Shown: positions 19,176-29,942, numbered from the stretch's first letter. The stretch: DNA of 64,000 bases from Actinomycetota bacterium (GCA_052390615.1 JBQTGT010000060.1:16368-80367); one strand, 5' to 3'. The notes: generated by a model not told the origin, from the sequence alone. Numbers and translations are program-made.

Positions 19176-22100
19176 CTAGAGGACCACGCCCGGGCACGGG
19201 GACTGGCGGCACACGACCGCGTTCCACATGCCGACGGGGAAGCCGGCAAGCGGCTTGCCCGCAGTGATCGTGCGCGTCGGCAGCGGGCGGGGCGGCACCG
19301 CCGGGACCGTGGACGGCGGCGCGGTCGCGGGCGGGTTCGTGACCGAAGGCGACGTCGCGGGCGATGTCGCGGGCGGCGATGTCGCGGGTGGTGACGTCGC
19401 GGGTGGTGACGTCGCGGGCGGTGACGTCGTCGTGGGCGGTGACGTCGTCGTGGGCGCGACGACCGGCGCGGTCGCGGGCGGGGCGGCAGTTGCGGGCGGG
19501 CCGGCCGTGGTCGGCGTCGGAACACCGTCGAATGTGAAGCCGTCGTCGATCACGAGTGGATCGGCGCCGGCGAACCGAACCTCGATGTCGTAGGTACCGG
19601 GGAGGTTCGGGCGAGTCGTGATCGCGATCAGCGACCCGAACGCGTAGTCGGTTCGTTGCGTGGCGCCGCCGATCAGCACCGCGGTGACCGCCGCGCCGCG
19701 CGGTGGGATCGAGATCGTGACGCGGGTGTCGCCGGTCGCGGGGCCGTGGTTCGGCAGGACCCGCGCGTCAGGCAGGGGCGGCGCCGGTCCCGGCGTGGTT
19801 GCGGGTGTGGTGGCCTGTGTTGTCGTCGGCGCCGGCGCGGGCGCAGGTGGCGCGGTGTCAGGCGTCGTTGCCGGCGGTGCCGTGGGGGTCGGCGTCGTCA
19901 TCGGCGTCGTCATCGGCGGTGCCGAGGCGCGCGGGGCCAACACGATGGTCGCTGCGCGCGCGCTCTCTCCCGCGATGCTGTAGGCCGAGACCGCCAACTC
20001 GTACGCGTGGTCGTTCTCGAGGTCGGAGAGCACGATGCTCGTGTCGGACGTCTGCGCCACGAACTGGCCGTCGCTCCACACGCGGTAGCCCGTGGGTGCG
20101 GCGCCGTCGCCGGGCGACCACCACAGCTCGACGGCGCCGTCGTACGCCGCGCCGTCGAGATTCGTCGGGCGCGTGGGGATCGGCGGGAGGGGAACGGTGG
20201 TCGGCGGCGCGGTGATTGGCGCGAGCGGAGGCGCCGGCGCCGGCGGGGCCGTCGGCGGTGCCGGTGTGGGCGCGGGACTGGCGGGCGGCGCGGTGGTGGG
20301 CGCGGGTGCGCTTGGGGCCACGGTTGTTACTGGGCTCGCGGGCCGCGTGGTGGTGGGCGCGGGCGGCGGGCTCGTCGCGGGGGTCGTAGCTGGGGTCGTC
20401 GCTGGGCTCGTCGCTGGGCTCGTCGCGGGCGTGGTCGCCGGAGCCGTCGCGGGCGTGGTCGCGGGTGAGGTGATCGGCGTCGGGACCGGCGCGGGCGGCG
20501 GGGGCGTCGGCGCGGGCGGTTGGTCGCTGTGGCCGGTGTCGGCGACTTCGTAGACGACGGCTTGGGGACGGCCCACCGTCGTACCCGTCGCCCGCTCGAC
20601 GAGCTCGACGACGAGTGCATAGGTGCCCGCCGGCAGTTGCGTCGCGAGTGCGAGCGACGCGCCCGACGCGACATCGATGTCGCCGTCGAGGAGGACCTCA
20701 CCGCCCTCGTCGGTTGTCGCGACCGCGCCGTCGCCGTTCGCCAGTGTGTACGCGATCGGCTCGGATGCGACGCCCGCGGCCGTGCCCGCCGATTGCACGG
20801 CCAGCGTCAACCTGTACGCGAGCGGACCGGCGGGCAACGCGGCCGGGTCGGCGAGGGTGCTGACCTGCGTGTTCTGACCGACATCGTCGAGCGCGTCGAA
20901 GCCGACGAACGAGTGTGCGACCGCGAGTGGAACCGCGCCCGCGGCTGCATTGGCGTCGACCCGCCCGCGACTCACGCTGCGGGAATACGCCGCGATCTGA
21001 ACAGCCGTCTGCACGAGTCGGTCGCGCACGACTGTCGGTGACAGCGTGCGGTCGCGTGCGAGCATGAGTGCAGCGGCCGCCGCGGTATATGGCGCCGAGA
21101 ACGACGTGCCGTTCACGTATCCGTACGCGGCTCCCGGACTCGTCGTCAGCACGAAGTAGCCCGGCGCATACACGTCGACGTTCGTCGTTCCGTAGTTCGA
21201 GAACGACGCGACGGTGTCGCTCGACGTCGACGCGCCGACCGACACGATGTTCGGGTACGGCAGCGCCGCCGGGTACATCGGGGACGTATCGATGTTCGCG
21301 CCGGCATTTCCGGCGGCGGCGACGAACAGGATCCCCGCGTCCCGGGCACGCGTGATGGCCTGGAGCAGCTCGGTCGTGATACCCCAACCACCCCACGATG
21401 CGTTGATCATGTCCGCGCCGTTCGCCACCGCGTAGTTGATCGCCGCCGAAGCCGCCGCGTACGGCAGTGACGACGTGCTCGACACCTTGAGGCCCATGAT
21501 CCTGGCGTCGGGCGCCGCGCCCGCGATCCCGGCGCCGTTGCCTGCCTGCGCCGCGATCACACCCGAAACCATCGTGCCGTGTGGATGACCGCCGTCGTAG
21601 AGCGACGGGTCGTTGCGCTCGAAGTCCCAGCCATTGCAGTCGTCGGCGAAGCCGTTGGCCTCGTCGTCGACGCCGTTGCCGCAGACCTCGCCTGGATTCA
21701 CCCACGCCGACGCCGCGAGGTCCGGGTGGGTGAAGTCGACGCCGGTGTCGACGACGGCGACGACGATGTCGCGGCCCCGGCTGGCACGCCACGCGGCCGG
21801 CACTCGCATGTCCGCGCCCGGAACGCTGCGGTTCTCGAGCGCCCATTGGTTGGCGTACATCGGGTCGTTGGTCGCGAAGAGGGTCGCCGCTTGGTCAGCC
21901 TGCACCGCGGCGACGCCGGCGAGCGCCGCGAGGTCGGCCTCGGTCAGCGACGTCGTCACTGCGAAGTGCGTCTCGTCGACGCGCGCGACGTCGGTATCGG
22001 GCAAGTGTGCGAGCACGTCGGGAATCGCGGCCGAGACGATCGAGGTAGTACGAGTGTCGTGTTCGACCCAAGTCCGCCCCTCGGCATCGGTCACGATCTC

Positions 22101-22433
22101 CGATGCGCCGTCGAGCGCGGCCAGATCGGCGAGCTCGGTGCCGAAGCCGTCGCCCACGAGCGTACGCGTCGACGTTGCCGTCGCACCGTCCGGCATCTCG
22201 ACCACGAAGTGATTCCGACCGTCGACGAATCCGATCTCGCCGCGGCCGGTCCCCAGGATCGGCGTTGCGAGCGGCCCGGGTGTCGGAACGCTCGACTGGG
22301 CCGCCGCCGTCGTCGACGTCGTGGGTGCAGGAGCTTCGTCGCCTGATTGCAACGCCACGAGCCCCGCAGCGGCGACCGCGCCCGCGCACAGGCCGGCCAG
22401 CGGCGCGAGAAACCCAGCGTGGCGGGACGGCAC
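19176..22433 (-). CDS. Secreted/anchored S8 subtilase with Pro/Thr-rich linkers, FN3-like and IPT/TIG-like domains
   Basis: Triad motifs VAVVDTG, HGTMVSG, GTSFSAP; AAAGN; DDEANGFADDCNGWDF; FN3-like (LWWSP..PTGYRV..YELAVSAYS..GES); P..GP..G.T.VTI IPT-like motif. Confidence 0.9.
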   Translation of the reverse strand: MPSRHAGFLAPLAGLCAGAVAAAGLVALQSGDEAPAPTTSTTAAAQSSVPTPGPLATPILGTGRGEIGFVDGRNHFVVEMPDGATATSTRTLVGDGFGTELADLAALDGASEIVTDAEGRTWVEHDTRTTSIVSAAIPDVLAHLPDTDVARVDETHFAVTTSLTEADLAALAGVAAVQADQAATLFATNDPMYANQWALENRSVPGADMRVPAAWRASRGRDIVVAVVDTGVDFTHPDLAASAWVNPGEVCGNGVDDEANGFADDCNGWDFERNDPSLYDGGHPHGTMVSGVIAAQAGNGAGIAGAAPDARIMGLKVSSTSSLPYAAASAAINYAVANGADMINASWGGWGITTELLQAITRARDAGILFVAAAGNAGANIDTSPMYPAALPYPNIVSVGASTSSDTVASFSNYGTTNVDVYAPGYFVLTTSPGAAYGYVNGTSFSAPYTAAAAALMLARDRTLSPTVVRDRLVQTAVQIAAYSRSVSRGRVDANAAAGAVPLAVAHSFVGFDALDDVGQNTQVSTLADPAALPAGPLAYRLTLAVQSAGTAAGVASEPIAYTLANGDGAVATTDEGGEVLLDGDIDVASGASLALATQLPAGTYALVVELVERATGTTVGRPQAVVYEVADTGHSDQPPAPTPPPPAPVPTPITSPATTPATAPATTPATSPATSPATTPATTPATSPPPAPTTTRPASPVTTVAPSAPAPTTAPPASPAPTPAPPTAPPAPAPPLAPITAPPTTVPLPPIPTRPTNLDGAAYDGAVELWWSPGDGAAPTGYRVWSDGQFVAQTSDTSIVLSDLENDHAYELAVSAYSIAGESARAATIVLAPRASAPPMTTPMTTPTPTAPPATTPDTAPPAPAPAPTTTQATTPATTPGPAPPLPDARVLPNHGPATGDTRVTISIPPRGAAVTAVLIGGATQRTDYAFGSLIAITTRPNLPGTYDIEVRFAGADPLVIDDGFTFDGVPTPTTAGPPATAAPPATAPVVAPTTTSPPTTTSPPATSPPATSPPATSPPATSPATSPSVTNPPATAPPSTVPAVPPRPLPTRTITAGKPLAGFPVGMWNAVVCRQSPCPGVVL
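19345..19455 (-). repeat. Coding tandem repeats (PPATS/PPTTTS units)
   Basis: 15-18 nt imperfect units such as GGTGACGTCGCGGGT inside the S8 gene. Confidence 0.8.
20365..20470 (-). repeat. Coding tandem repeats (PATT/PATS units)
   Basis: 12-nt imperfect units such as GCTCGTCGCTGG in the S8 linker. Confidence 0.75.
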
Positions 22434-22503
22434 GGCGTAGGGATCGACCGAATTGCGTCAGGAGTTCACGGGCGCGCGGCGGGTGTAACGCGCGTCACGT
22501 TCG

Positions 22504-22881
22504 CTACGAGTCGGGCGGGAGATACGTGAGCCACGGGACGACCTCGCGGGTCCGGAACTCCTCGGCGAGGTCGGCCGAACACGCCGCATCGACCGTGGCC
22601 AGGCCGGCCGTGAGCCGCTGGTTTTGGGCCGGGTCGAGGAGCGATCCGGCGGGCACCAACTCGATCAGCACGCGGACCGCCGCCATCTCGACGCCGCACT
22701 CACCCTCGGCCGCGACCGGCTCCGGCGGGACCGCCGGCGCGGGCTGGGCCACGATCGGCCGCGAGCCCGGAACCTCGGTCGCGACCGGATCCGCGGCGTT
22801 GCGCACGAACAGCACGCCGAGGGTCGCGCCCGCGCCCACGAGCAGTGGGGCCGCGTACCACGTCAGCGTCCGAGAGGGCAC
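22504..22881 (-). CDS. Hypothetical membrane-anchored protein
   Basis: N-terminal hydrophobic helix (WYAAPLLVGAGATLGVLFV), Pro linker, two-Cys helical domain; GTG start inferred. Confidence 0.6.
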   Translation of the reverse strand: MPSRTLTWYAAPLLVGAGATLGVLFVRNAADPVATEVPGSRPIVAQPAPAVPPEPVAAEGECGVEMAAVRVLIELVPAGSLLDPAQNQRLTAGLATVDAACSADLAEEFRTREVVPWLTYLPPDS

Positions 22882-22969
22882 CCCTGATGTCTCGACCAGT
22901 TCGCGGACGTCCTGGATCGGGTTCGCGCCGCCGATGGCGTGGCCGCCGCTCCCGTCGATCTCGCTCGAC

Positions 22970-24586
22970 TCAGGACGCCCCGCGACGCGCCTCTTCTTTG
23001 GCCCACTTGTAGTCGGCCTTGCCGTTCGGCGCTCGCAGCACTTCGGGCACGAACACATAGCGCCGCGGGCGTTTGAAGCGGCTCAGGCCGTCGAGGCCGG
23101 CGCCGATGTCCTCCCCGCTCGCAACCTCGCCCGGCGCCAGCGCGACGACCGCGGTCACCGCCTCACCGAAGCGGTCGTCGGGAACGCCGACCACGAGGCA
23201 GTCCGCCACCGCCGGGTGGCGCTTCACGGCCTCCTCGACTTCCTCCGGGAAGATCTTTTCGCCGCCGGAGTTGATCACGACCGACCCGCGCCCGAGCAGC
23301 ACGATCGTGCCGTCGGCTTCGACGCGTGCGAAGTCGCCGGGCACCGACCAGCGTTTCCCGCCGAGCATGCGGAACGTTCCCGCGCTCTTTTCGTCGTCCT
23401 TGTAGTAGCCGAGCGGGATGTTCCCGCCGACCGCCAGCAGGCCCGTCTCATCGGAGCCGGGCTCGACCTCGCTGCCGTCTTCACGCAGGACTCGCGCGTG
23501 CGCGCCGATCGCAAACTTCGCGGTCGCCTGTTCACCGCCCGGTGCGGTGATCGAGTTGGCGAAGCCGACCCCCTCGCTCGACCCGAGCGAGTCGAGACAC
23601 AAGAAGTTCCCGCGCGCAAGCAACGCCTGTTTGGTCTCCGCCGACCACATCACGCCGCTGCTGATAACGAGTTGCAACGACGACAGGTCGTACGGCTCGC
23701 CGTTCGCTTCGGCTTCCTCGAGTGCCTGGACCATTGGCTTCGAGAATGCGTCGCCGACGATAGCCATCTGCGAGATTCGCTCGCGCTGCACGACCTGCCA
23801 CAGCTCGTGCGGGTCGAAGTGCCGACCGACGAGCGTCACGATTCGACCGCCCACGAACAGTGATTGGAACGACGTGAACGCGCCCGTGCCGTGCATCAGC
23901 GGTGACGCCGGCAAATGCGCCAGGTCGCGCCCACTCTCGACGATTGCCCGGGCGATCGTTCCGACCTCGGCCGGTGTCTGGGGGATGAGCTGACCGACGA
24001 GCGCGTAGGTCGCGTCCGCCAGTACGTGCCAAAGGTCGTCGCACCGCCACATCACGCCCTTGGGCATACCGGTGGTGCCGCCCGTGTACAGGAAGTAGAG
24101 GTCGTCGCCCGACCGTTCGATGCGCGCCATGGGAGCGGTCTCTGCGATCAGATCTTCGTAGCGCCGCGCGAAATCCTGGTGCGGGCCGCCGTCGTCCACT
24201 TCGATCCAACACTTCATGAGCGGGGCGCGGTCGCGGACCTTCGCGACACGGTCGCCCAGGCTCGAGTGGAACAGCAGCGCTTCGGCATCCGAGTTGTCGA
24301 GCAGGTAGACGAGCTCGTCCTCGAGGTACCGGTAGTTCACGTTCACGGGGACCCCGCGCAGCTTGAACGTGGCGAACAGCCCCTCGAGGTACTCGTTGCC
24401 GTTGTAGAGGTAGGACGCGATCTTCGCGTCGGGCCGGAGCCCGGCGTCGGTCAGGGCGTGGGCGAGGCGGGCGGCGCGGTCGTCGAATTCGCGCCAGGTC
24501 CGGCGCCGCTCGCCCTGCACGACCGCGATGCGATCGGAGAGTGCGTCGACCACGGATTCCCAGACGGTCGCGAGGTTCCAGTCCAT
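22970..24586 (-). CDS. Acyl-CoA synthetase (FadD19-like AMP-binding enzyme)
   Basis: YTGGTTGMPKGV, PVNVNYRY, GSSE, PGD, GRGS..INSGGEK, P.GKADY. Confidence 0.92.
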   Translation of the reverse strand: MDWNLATVWESVVDALSDRIAVVQGERRRTWREFDDRAARLAHALTDAGLRPDAKIASYLYNGNEYLEGLFATFKLRGVPVNVNYRYLEDELVYLLDNSDAEALLFHSSLGDRVAKVRDRAPLMKCWIEVDDGGPHQDFARRYEDLIAETAPMARIERSGDDLYFLYTGGTTGMPKGVMWRCDDLWHVLADATYALVGQLIPQTPAEVGTIARAIVESGRDLAHLPASPLMHGTGAFTSFQSLFVGGRIVTLVGRHFDPHELWQVVQRERISQMAIVGDAFSKPMVQALEEAEANGEPYDLSSLQLVISSGVMWSAETKQALLARGNFLCLDSLGSSEGVGFANSITAPGGEQATAKFAIGAHARVLREDGSEVEPGSDETGLLAVGGNIPLGYYKDDEKSAGTFRMLGGKRWSVPGDFARVEADGTIVLLGRGSVVINSGGEKIFPEEVEEAVKRHPAVADCLVVGVPDDRFGEAVTAVVALAPGEVASGEDIGAGLDGLSRFKRPRRYVFVPEVLRAPNGKADYKWAKEEARRGAS

Positions 24587-24620
24587 CCGGGCAGTCTTTC
24601 AGTACCGATACCGTGGTCGC

Positions 24621-25298
24621 ATGCCGCCCCGAGGGGGACAGCAACGCATCCCGCGGCCGCCGTCGTTTCGCGCCGGTCGGCCCGCACCGTGGCGTCACGT
24701 CGATTCGGCGCGTCGGCGCCTCTCGCTCGCCGACGTCCGCGAGCGCCTCGCCCTGCTCCCGTCCGTCGCGGGGCCGGTCGCGCTCGTCGACGGCAGCGTG
24801 CCGGCGGCGGTGCTCGTGCCGCTGTTCGAAGAGCACGGCGAGGTGCACGTCGTGCTCACCAAGCGACCAGACACGATGCCGTCGCACCAGGGCGAAATCT
24901 CGTTTCCGGGCGGCACGCACGCCCCCGCGCTCGACGACGACCTGCGCGCGACCGCGCTGCGCGAGGCGAGGGAGGAGATCGGTCTCGACCCGGACGTGGT
25001 CGAAGTCGTCGCGCGCCTCGACGGTCTCGCGACTGTCGGCTCTCGGTTCACGATCTCGCCCTTCGTCGGCTTCCTGCCCGGACGCCCCGACCTCACGCCG
25101 GACCCGCGTGAGGTCGTGCGCGTCTTCGACGTGCCGCTCTCCGAGCTCATGGCCGATGGCGTGTTCCGCGAGGAACGATGGGACACGTGGAAGATCGACC
25201 TCGACGTGCACTTCTACGAGCTGGCCGACGATACCGTGTGGGGCGCGACCGCGCGCATCCTCACCGGCTTCCTGGCCCACCTCGTCACGGGCCCGTGA
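24621..25298 (+). CDS. Nudix hydrolase, CoA pyrophosphatase type
   Basis: AAVLV, LTKR..HQGEISFPGG, TALREAREEIGL, VWGATA. Confidence 0.92.
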   Translation: MPPRGGQQRIPRPPSFRAGRPAPWRHVDSARRRLSLADVRERLALLPSVAGPVALVDGSVPAAVLVPLFEEHGEVHVVLTKRPDTMPSHQGEISFPGGTHAPALDDDLRATALREAREEIGLDPDVVEVVARLDGLATVGSRFTISPFVGFLPGRPDLTPDPREVVRVFDVPLSELMADGVFREERWDTWKIDLDVHFYELADDTVWGATARILTGFLAHLVTGP

Positions 25299-25430
25299 GC
25301 GCAGTTTCCGCATCAGCGTCGATTCTGCGCACGGCGACGGGCACGCCGAGGAGCGTCGGCCCAGGCCCCGGTCGGGTCGCGGGCGGCGGTATTCTCGTGA
25401 ATCCCAACGCGCGGAGTACCCGGAGGGGCA

Positions 25431-26594
25431 GTGGAAGTCGAGATCGGCATCGGCAAGTCCGGACGCCGGGCCTACGGGTTCGACGACATCGCCATCGTTC
25501 CGAGCCGCCGCACGCGCGATCCCGAAGAGGTCGACATCACGTGGGAGGTCGACGCGTTCAAGTTCGAGTTGCCGATGATGGCGGCGGCGATGGACGGCGT
25601 CGTCTCGCCGGCCAGCGCGATCGACATCGGTCGCATCGGCGGGCTCGCGTGCATCAACCTCGAAGGACTCTGGACGCGCTACGAAGACCCCGAACCGGTC
25701 TTCGAGGAGATCGCGTCGTTGCCGGCCGAGAAGGCGACGCGGCGCATGCAGGAGCTGTACGCCGAGCCGATCAGGCCCGATCTCATCCCGCAGCGCATCC
25801 GCGAGATCAAGGCCGGTGGTGTGCACGCGTGTGCGTCGCTCACGCCGCAGCGGGTGGAGCAGTTCGCGAAGCAGGTCGTCGACGCCGAGCTCGACGTCCT
25901 CGTCGTGCAGGGCACCGTCGTGTCCGCCGAGCATGTCTCCCACGACCCCCAGCGCCAGCCGCTGAACTTGAAGAAGTTCATCCGCGAGTTCGAGCTTCCC
26001 GTCGTTGTCGGCGGGTGCGCGTCGTATTCGACCGCGTTGCACCTGATGCGCACCGGCGCGGTCGGTGTGCTCGTGGGCGTGGGTCCTGGTCATGCGTGCA
26101 CGAGTCGTGGTGTGCTCGGTATCGGCGTGCCGCAGGCGACCGCAATCGCGGACGCGGCCGGCGCCCGCATCCGTCACCTCGACGAGACGGGTGTGTACGT
26201 GCACGTCATTGCCGACGGCGGCATGCGCACCGGTGGCGACATCGCCAAGGCGATCGCGTGCGGCGCGGATGCGGTGATGATCGGTTCGCCTCTCGCGTCG
26301 GCCTACGAGGCACCTGGCCGGGGCTACCACTGGGGCATGGCGACCTTCCACCCGACATTGCCGCGCGGTGCGCGCGTCGAAGCGGGTCGCAAGGCGAGCA
26401 TTCAAGAGATCCTCGTCGGTCCCGCGCACGAGAACGACGGCACGCTGAACCTGTTCGGTGCGCTGCGCACTTCGATGGCGACTACCGGCTACGAAAGCGT
26501 GAAGGAATTCCAAAAGGCCGAGGTCATGGTCGCCCCCGCGCTCAAGACCGAGGGGAAGTCCCTCCAGCGCGCGCAGGGCATCGGCATGGCGTGA
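25431..26594 (+). CDS. guaB3: GuaB3-family IMP dehydrogenase (no CBS insert)
   Basis: [54 protein letters not shown]. Confidence 0.92.
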   Translation: MEVEIGIGKSGRRAYGFDDIAIVPSRRTRDPEEVDITWEVDAFKFELPMMAAAMDGVVSPASAIDIGRIGGLACINLEGLWTRYEDPEPVFEEIASLPAEKATRRMQELYAEPIRPDLIPQRIREIKAGGVHACASLTPQRVEQFAKQVVDAELDVLVVQGTVVSAEHVSHDPQRQPLNLKKFIREFELPVVVGGCASYSTALHLMRTGAVGVLVGVGPGHACTSRGVLGIGVPQATAIADAAGARIRHLDETGVYVHVIADGGMRTGGDIAKAIACGADAVMIGSPLASAYEAPGRGYHWGMATFHPTLPRGARVEAGRKASIQEILVGPAHENDGTLNLFGALRTSMATTGYESVKEFQKAEVMVAPALKTEGKSLQRAQGIGMA

Positions 26595-26617
26595 CCCCGG
26601 CAAAAGGAGGGTCGCTC

Positions 26618-26968
26618 GTGCGCGTCGTCAGTACCTACTTCATCGTCTTCGTCAACGACATGGACCGCGCCACTGCGTTCTACAAGGACGCGATCGGCGC
26701 GCACATCGGCTTTTCGTCTCCGGAGTGGACGTCGCTCACCGTCGCCGGCACCGCGATCGGGCTCCATGGTGGTGCCGATACCGCGCGCCGCGAGATCGGG
26801 CTCGGCTTCGACGTCGACGACCTCGACGAGGTATGTGCCGCGGTCGTCGCTTCGGGCGGCAGTGTCGTCATGGCTCCCGAGCAGCGGTCGGACGAGGGGA
26901 TCACGATCGCGAAGGTCGCCGACACGGAGGGCAACGTGTTCTCGCTGACCCTCGCCGGAAATCACTAG
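26618..26968 (+). CDS. VOC/glyoxalase family protein
   Basis: VNDMDRA..FY, FDVDDLD, ADTEGN; GGAGG RBS. Confidence 0.85.
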   Translation: MRVVSTYFIVFVNDMDRATAFYKDAIGAHIGFSSPEWTSLTVAGTAIGLHGGADTARREIGLGFDVDDLDEVCAAVVASGGSVVMAPEQRSDEGITIAKVADTEGNVFSLTLAGNH

Positions 26969-28509
26969 TGCCGAACGACGCTCCTGACGTCGTCCTCGTC
27001 GTCGACTTCGGCGCCCAGTACGCGCAGCTGATCGCGCGGCGCGTCCGCGAGGCGCATGTGTACAGCGAGATCGTGCCTCGGTCGATGCCGATTGCCGACA
27101 TGCTCGCCCGCAGTCCGAGCGCGATCATCCTGTCGGGCGGTCCCGCGTCGGTGCACGTCGACGGCGCCCCGTCGATCGATCCGGCGATCTACGACGCGGG
27201 TGTGCCGATCCTCGGTATCTGTTACGGCGCGCAGCTCGTCGCTCGCGATCTTGGTGGCGAAGTCCGCAAGACCGGAACCGGGGAATACGGCGGCACCGAT
27301 CTGCACGTCGAGGGGTCGTCGTCCTTGTTCGTGGGCCAGCCCGTCTCGCAGCGCGTGTGGATGAGTCACGGTGACTCGATCACGGCCGCGCCGCCGGGGT
27401 TCACGGTCACGGCGCGCACCGACACGGTGCCCGTCGCCGCGTTCGAGGATCGTGACCGCGGTATCTACGCGGTGCAGTTCCACCCCGAGGTTGTGCACAC
27501 CGAACGCGGGCAAGAGATCCTCAAGGCGTTCTTGTACGACGCGGCCGACTGCCGCCCGACGTGGACCAACGTGTCGATCATCGAGCACGCGGTCGCCGAT
27601 ATCCGTGCCCAGGTCGGCGGCGAGCGGGTCATCTGCGGGCTGTCGGGCGGTGTCGACAGCGCGGTCGCCGCGGCGCTGGTGCACAAGGCGATCGGTGACC
27701 AGCTGACGTGCGTGTTCGTCGACACCGGGCTGCTCCGGCGCGGTGAAGCCGACCAGGTCGAGCAGACGTTCCGCCAGCAGTTCGCGATCGACCTCGTTCA
27801 CATCAAGGCCGCCGACCGGTTCGTCGACGCGCTCGACGACGTGATCGACCCCGAGCGGAAACGCAAGACGATCGGTGAGTTGTTCATCCGCGTGTTCGAG
27901 GAGGTCGCGCGCGATCTCGGCGACGCCCGCTTCCTGGTACAAGGCACGCTCTATCCCGACATCGTCGAGTCCGGTGGGGGCGACAACGCCAACATCAAGT
28001 CGCACCACAACGTCGGTGGTCTTCCCGACGACATGGACTTCGAGCTGGTCGAACCCTTGCGCAACCTGTTCAAGGACGAGGTACGCGCGATCGGCGAGGA
28101 GCTCGGGTTGCCCGAGGAGATCGTGTGGCGTCAGCCCTTCCCCGGCCCGGGCCTCGCGGTACGCATCGTCGGCACGATCACGCGCGAGCGCATCGAGATA
28201 CTTCAGCAGGCCGACGCGATCGTGACCGAGGAGATCAAGCGCGCCGGTCTGTACCGCGACATCTGGCAGAGCTTCGCGGTGCTGCCCGCGGTGAAGACCG
28301 TCGGTGTCATGGGCGACGACCGCACGTACGCCTATCCCATCGTGTTGCGCGCGGTCACGTCCGATGATGCGATGACCGCCGACTGGGCCCGGCTGCCCTA
28401 TGACGTGCTCGAGCGCATCTCGTCGCGGATCATCAACGAGGTTCCGGGCGTGAACCGGGTCGCGTACGACATCACGTCCAAGCCGCCGGGCACGATCGAA
28501 TGGGAGTAG
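26968..28509 (+). CDS. guaA: GMP synthase (glutamine-hydrolysing)
   Basis: [41 protein letters not shown]. Confidence 0.98.
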   Translation: MPNDAPDVVLVVDFGAQYAQLIARRVREAHVYSEIVPRSMPIADMLARSPSAIILSGGPASVHVDGAPSIDPAIYDAGVPILGICYGAQLVARDLGGEVRKTGTGEYGGTDLHVEGSSSLFVGQPVSQRVWMSHGDSITAAPPGFTVTARTDTVPVAAFEDRDRGIYAVQFHPEVVHTERGQEILKAFLYDAADCRPTWTNVSIIEHAVADIRAQVGGERVICGLSGGVDSAVAAALVHKAIGDQLTCVFVDTGLLRRGEADQVEQTFRQQFAIDLVHIKAADRFVDALDDVIDPERKRKTIGELFIRVFEEVARDLGDARFLVQGTLYPDIVESGGGDNANIKSHHNVGGLPDDMDFELVEPLRNLFKDEVRAIGEELGLPEEIVWRQPFPGPGLAVRIVGTITRERIEILQQADAIVTEEIKRAGLYRDIWQSFAVLPAVKTVGVMGDDRTYAYPIVLRAVTSDDAMTADWARLPYDVLERISSRIINEVPGVNRVAYDITSKPPGTIEWE

Positions 28510-28546
28510 TAATTTTGTGCGCGTCCTCGACACAGGAGTTGCCGCA

Positions 28547-29572
28547 ATGAACCTGACCGCGCTGAACGAAGTCGCGCGGGCCCTCGTGGCCCCCGGCAAG
28601 GGCATCCTCGCCGCCGACGAGAGCGGCGGCACGATCAAGAAGCGCTTCGACTCGATCGGCACCGAGTCGACCGAGGATCGACGGCGCGCGTACCGAGAGA
28701 TGCTGTTCACGACCAAGGGCGCGGCCGATTTCGTCAGCGGCGTGATCCTGTTCGACGAGACGATCCGCCAGCCGGGCTCCGACGGTCGCCCGCTCCCGAA
28801 GGTGCTCGAAGCGCAGGGCATCATCCCCGGCATCAAGGTCGACAGGGGAGTGACCAAGCTGGCGTTCTCTTCGAACGAGGTCGTCACCGACGGCCTCGAC
28901 GGGCTGCGCGAGCGACTCGTCGAGTACCGCGAGCTCGGCGCCAAGTTCGCCAAATGGCGCGCGGTGATCGACATCGGTGCCGACATCCCCACGTCGTACT
29001 GCATCGACGTCAACGCCCACGCGCTCGCCCGCTACGCCGCGCTCTGCCAAGAAGAAGGCATCGTGCCGATCGTCGAGCCCGAAGTGCTGATGGACGGCGA
29101 CCACTCGATCGAACGCTGCTACGACGTCACCCAGGACACGCTCGCGATCGTGTTCGACCGGCTGTTCGAGCAGCGCGTCGCGTTCGAAGGCATGCTGCTC
29201 AAGCCCAACATGGTGTTGCCGGGCAAGAAGAACGCGAAGTACCCGGCGTCGCCCGAGCAGGTCGCGCAAGCAACGGTTCGTTGTTTCCGACGGGTCGTGC
29301 CCGCCGCGGTACCGGGCATCGTGTTCCTGTCGGGCGGTCAGGGCGACGAGGAAGCGACCGCGAACCTCGACGCGATCAACAAGCTCGGCCCGCACCCGTG
29401 GTCGGTGTCGTTCTCGTACGGCCGCGCGCTGCAAGCCGCCGCGCTGCACGCGTGGAAGGGCGAGGACGCCAACGCCGGCGCCGGCCAAGCCGCGTACCTG
29501 CACCGCGCCCACATGAACGGCCTGGCGACATCGGGTGCGTGGACGCCAGAAGCCGAACGCGCCGGCGTCTGA
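28547..29572 (+). CDS. Class I fructose-bisphosphate aldolase
   Basis: KGILAADES, GIKVD.G, AKWRAV, VPIVEPEV, LLKPNMV, FLSGGQ, SYGRALQ; AGGAG RBS before ATG 28547. Confidence 0.95.
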   Translation: MNLTALNEVARALVAPGKGILAADESGGTIKKRFDSIGTESTEDRRRAYREMLFTTKGAADFVSGVILFDETIRQPGSDGRPLPKVLEAQGIIPGIKVDRGVTKLAFSSNEVVTDGLDGLRERLVEYRELGAKFAKWRAVIDIGADIPTSYCIDVNAHALARYAALCQEEGIVPIVEPEVLMDGDHSIERCYDVTQDTLAIVFDRLFEQRVAFEGMLLKPNMVLPGKKNAKYPASPEQVAQATVRCFRRVVPAAVPGIVFLSGGQGDEEATANLDAINKLGPHPWSVSFSYGRALQAAALHAWKGEDANAGAGQAAYLHRAHMNGLATSGAWTPEAERAGV

Positions 29573-29683
29573 CCAGTGTTTGGACGGCGGCCGGGGTGCG
29601 AGCCCCGGCGCTCTCCAAATACTCCGCGACCACATGCACGCCTTTGGCCATCTGGCCGATGGCGCGCTCGAGTGCCGGCGCGA

Positions 29684-29935
29684 TCACTTCCCGTCTTTGA
29701 GTTCCTTGTACTCCTTGAGCGCGCGGCGGTGGCCGTTCGCGCCCGACCCCATGAGGCCGCCGTCGCGGACTTCCTTGACGTTGTCCTCGAGGTCCTTCAG
29801 CAGATCGTGGAGGTCGTCCTCGGGGCCGGCCTTCTCGACCTTGTCCAACGCTTTGTGGATGTTGTCGAGTTTGCGGCGCACCTGCCCGAACTCGTCGTCG
29901 AGCTTCTTGCGGGCTTCTTCCAAGCTCTTGGCCAT
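29684..29935 (-). CDS. Small Lys/Glu-rich helical hypothetical protein
   Basis: 83-aa ORF with genuine-looking composition; TAGGCT -10 box 7 nt upstream. Confidence 0.75.
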   Translation of the reverse strand: MAKSLEEARKKLDDEFGQVRRKLDNIHKALDKVEKAGPEDDLHDLLKDLEDNVKEVRDGGLMGSGANGHRRALKEYKELKDGK

Positions 29936-29942
29936 GGCCGCC

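Noticed and set aside
19345-20470. Short tandem repeats that could suggest a CRISPR array
   Set aside because: In-frame Pro/Thr/Ala coding repeats with no unique spacers, and no cas genes
29376-29687. 103-aa ORF coupled to the 83-aa gene
   Set aside because: Runs antisense into the aldolase with an Arg-rich tail; probably spurious
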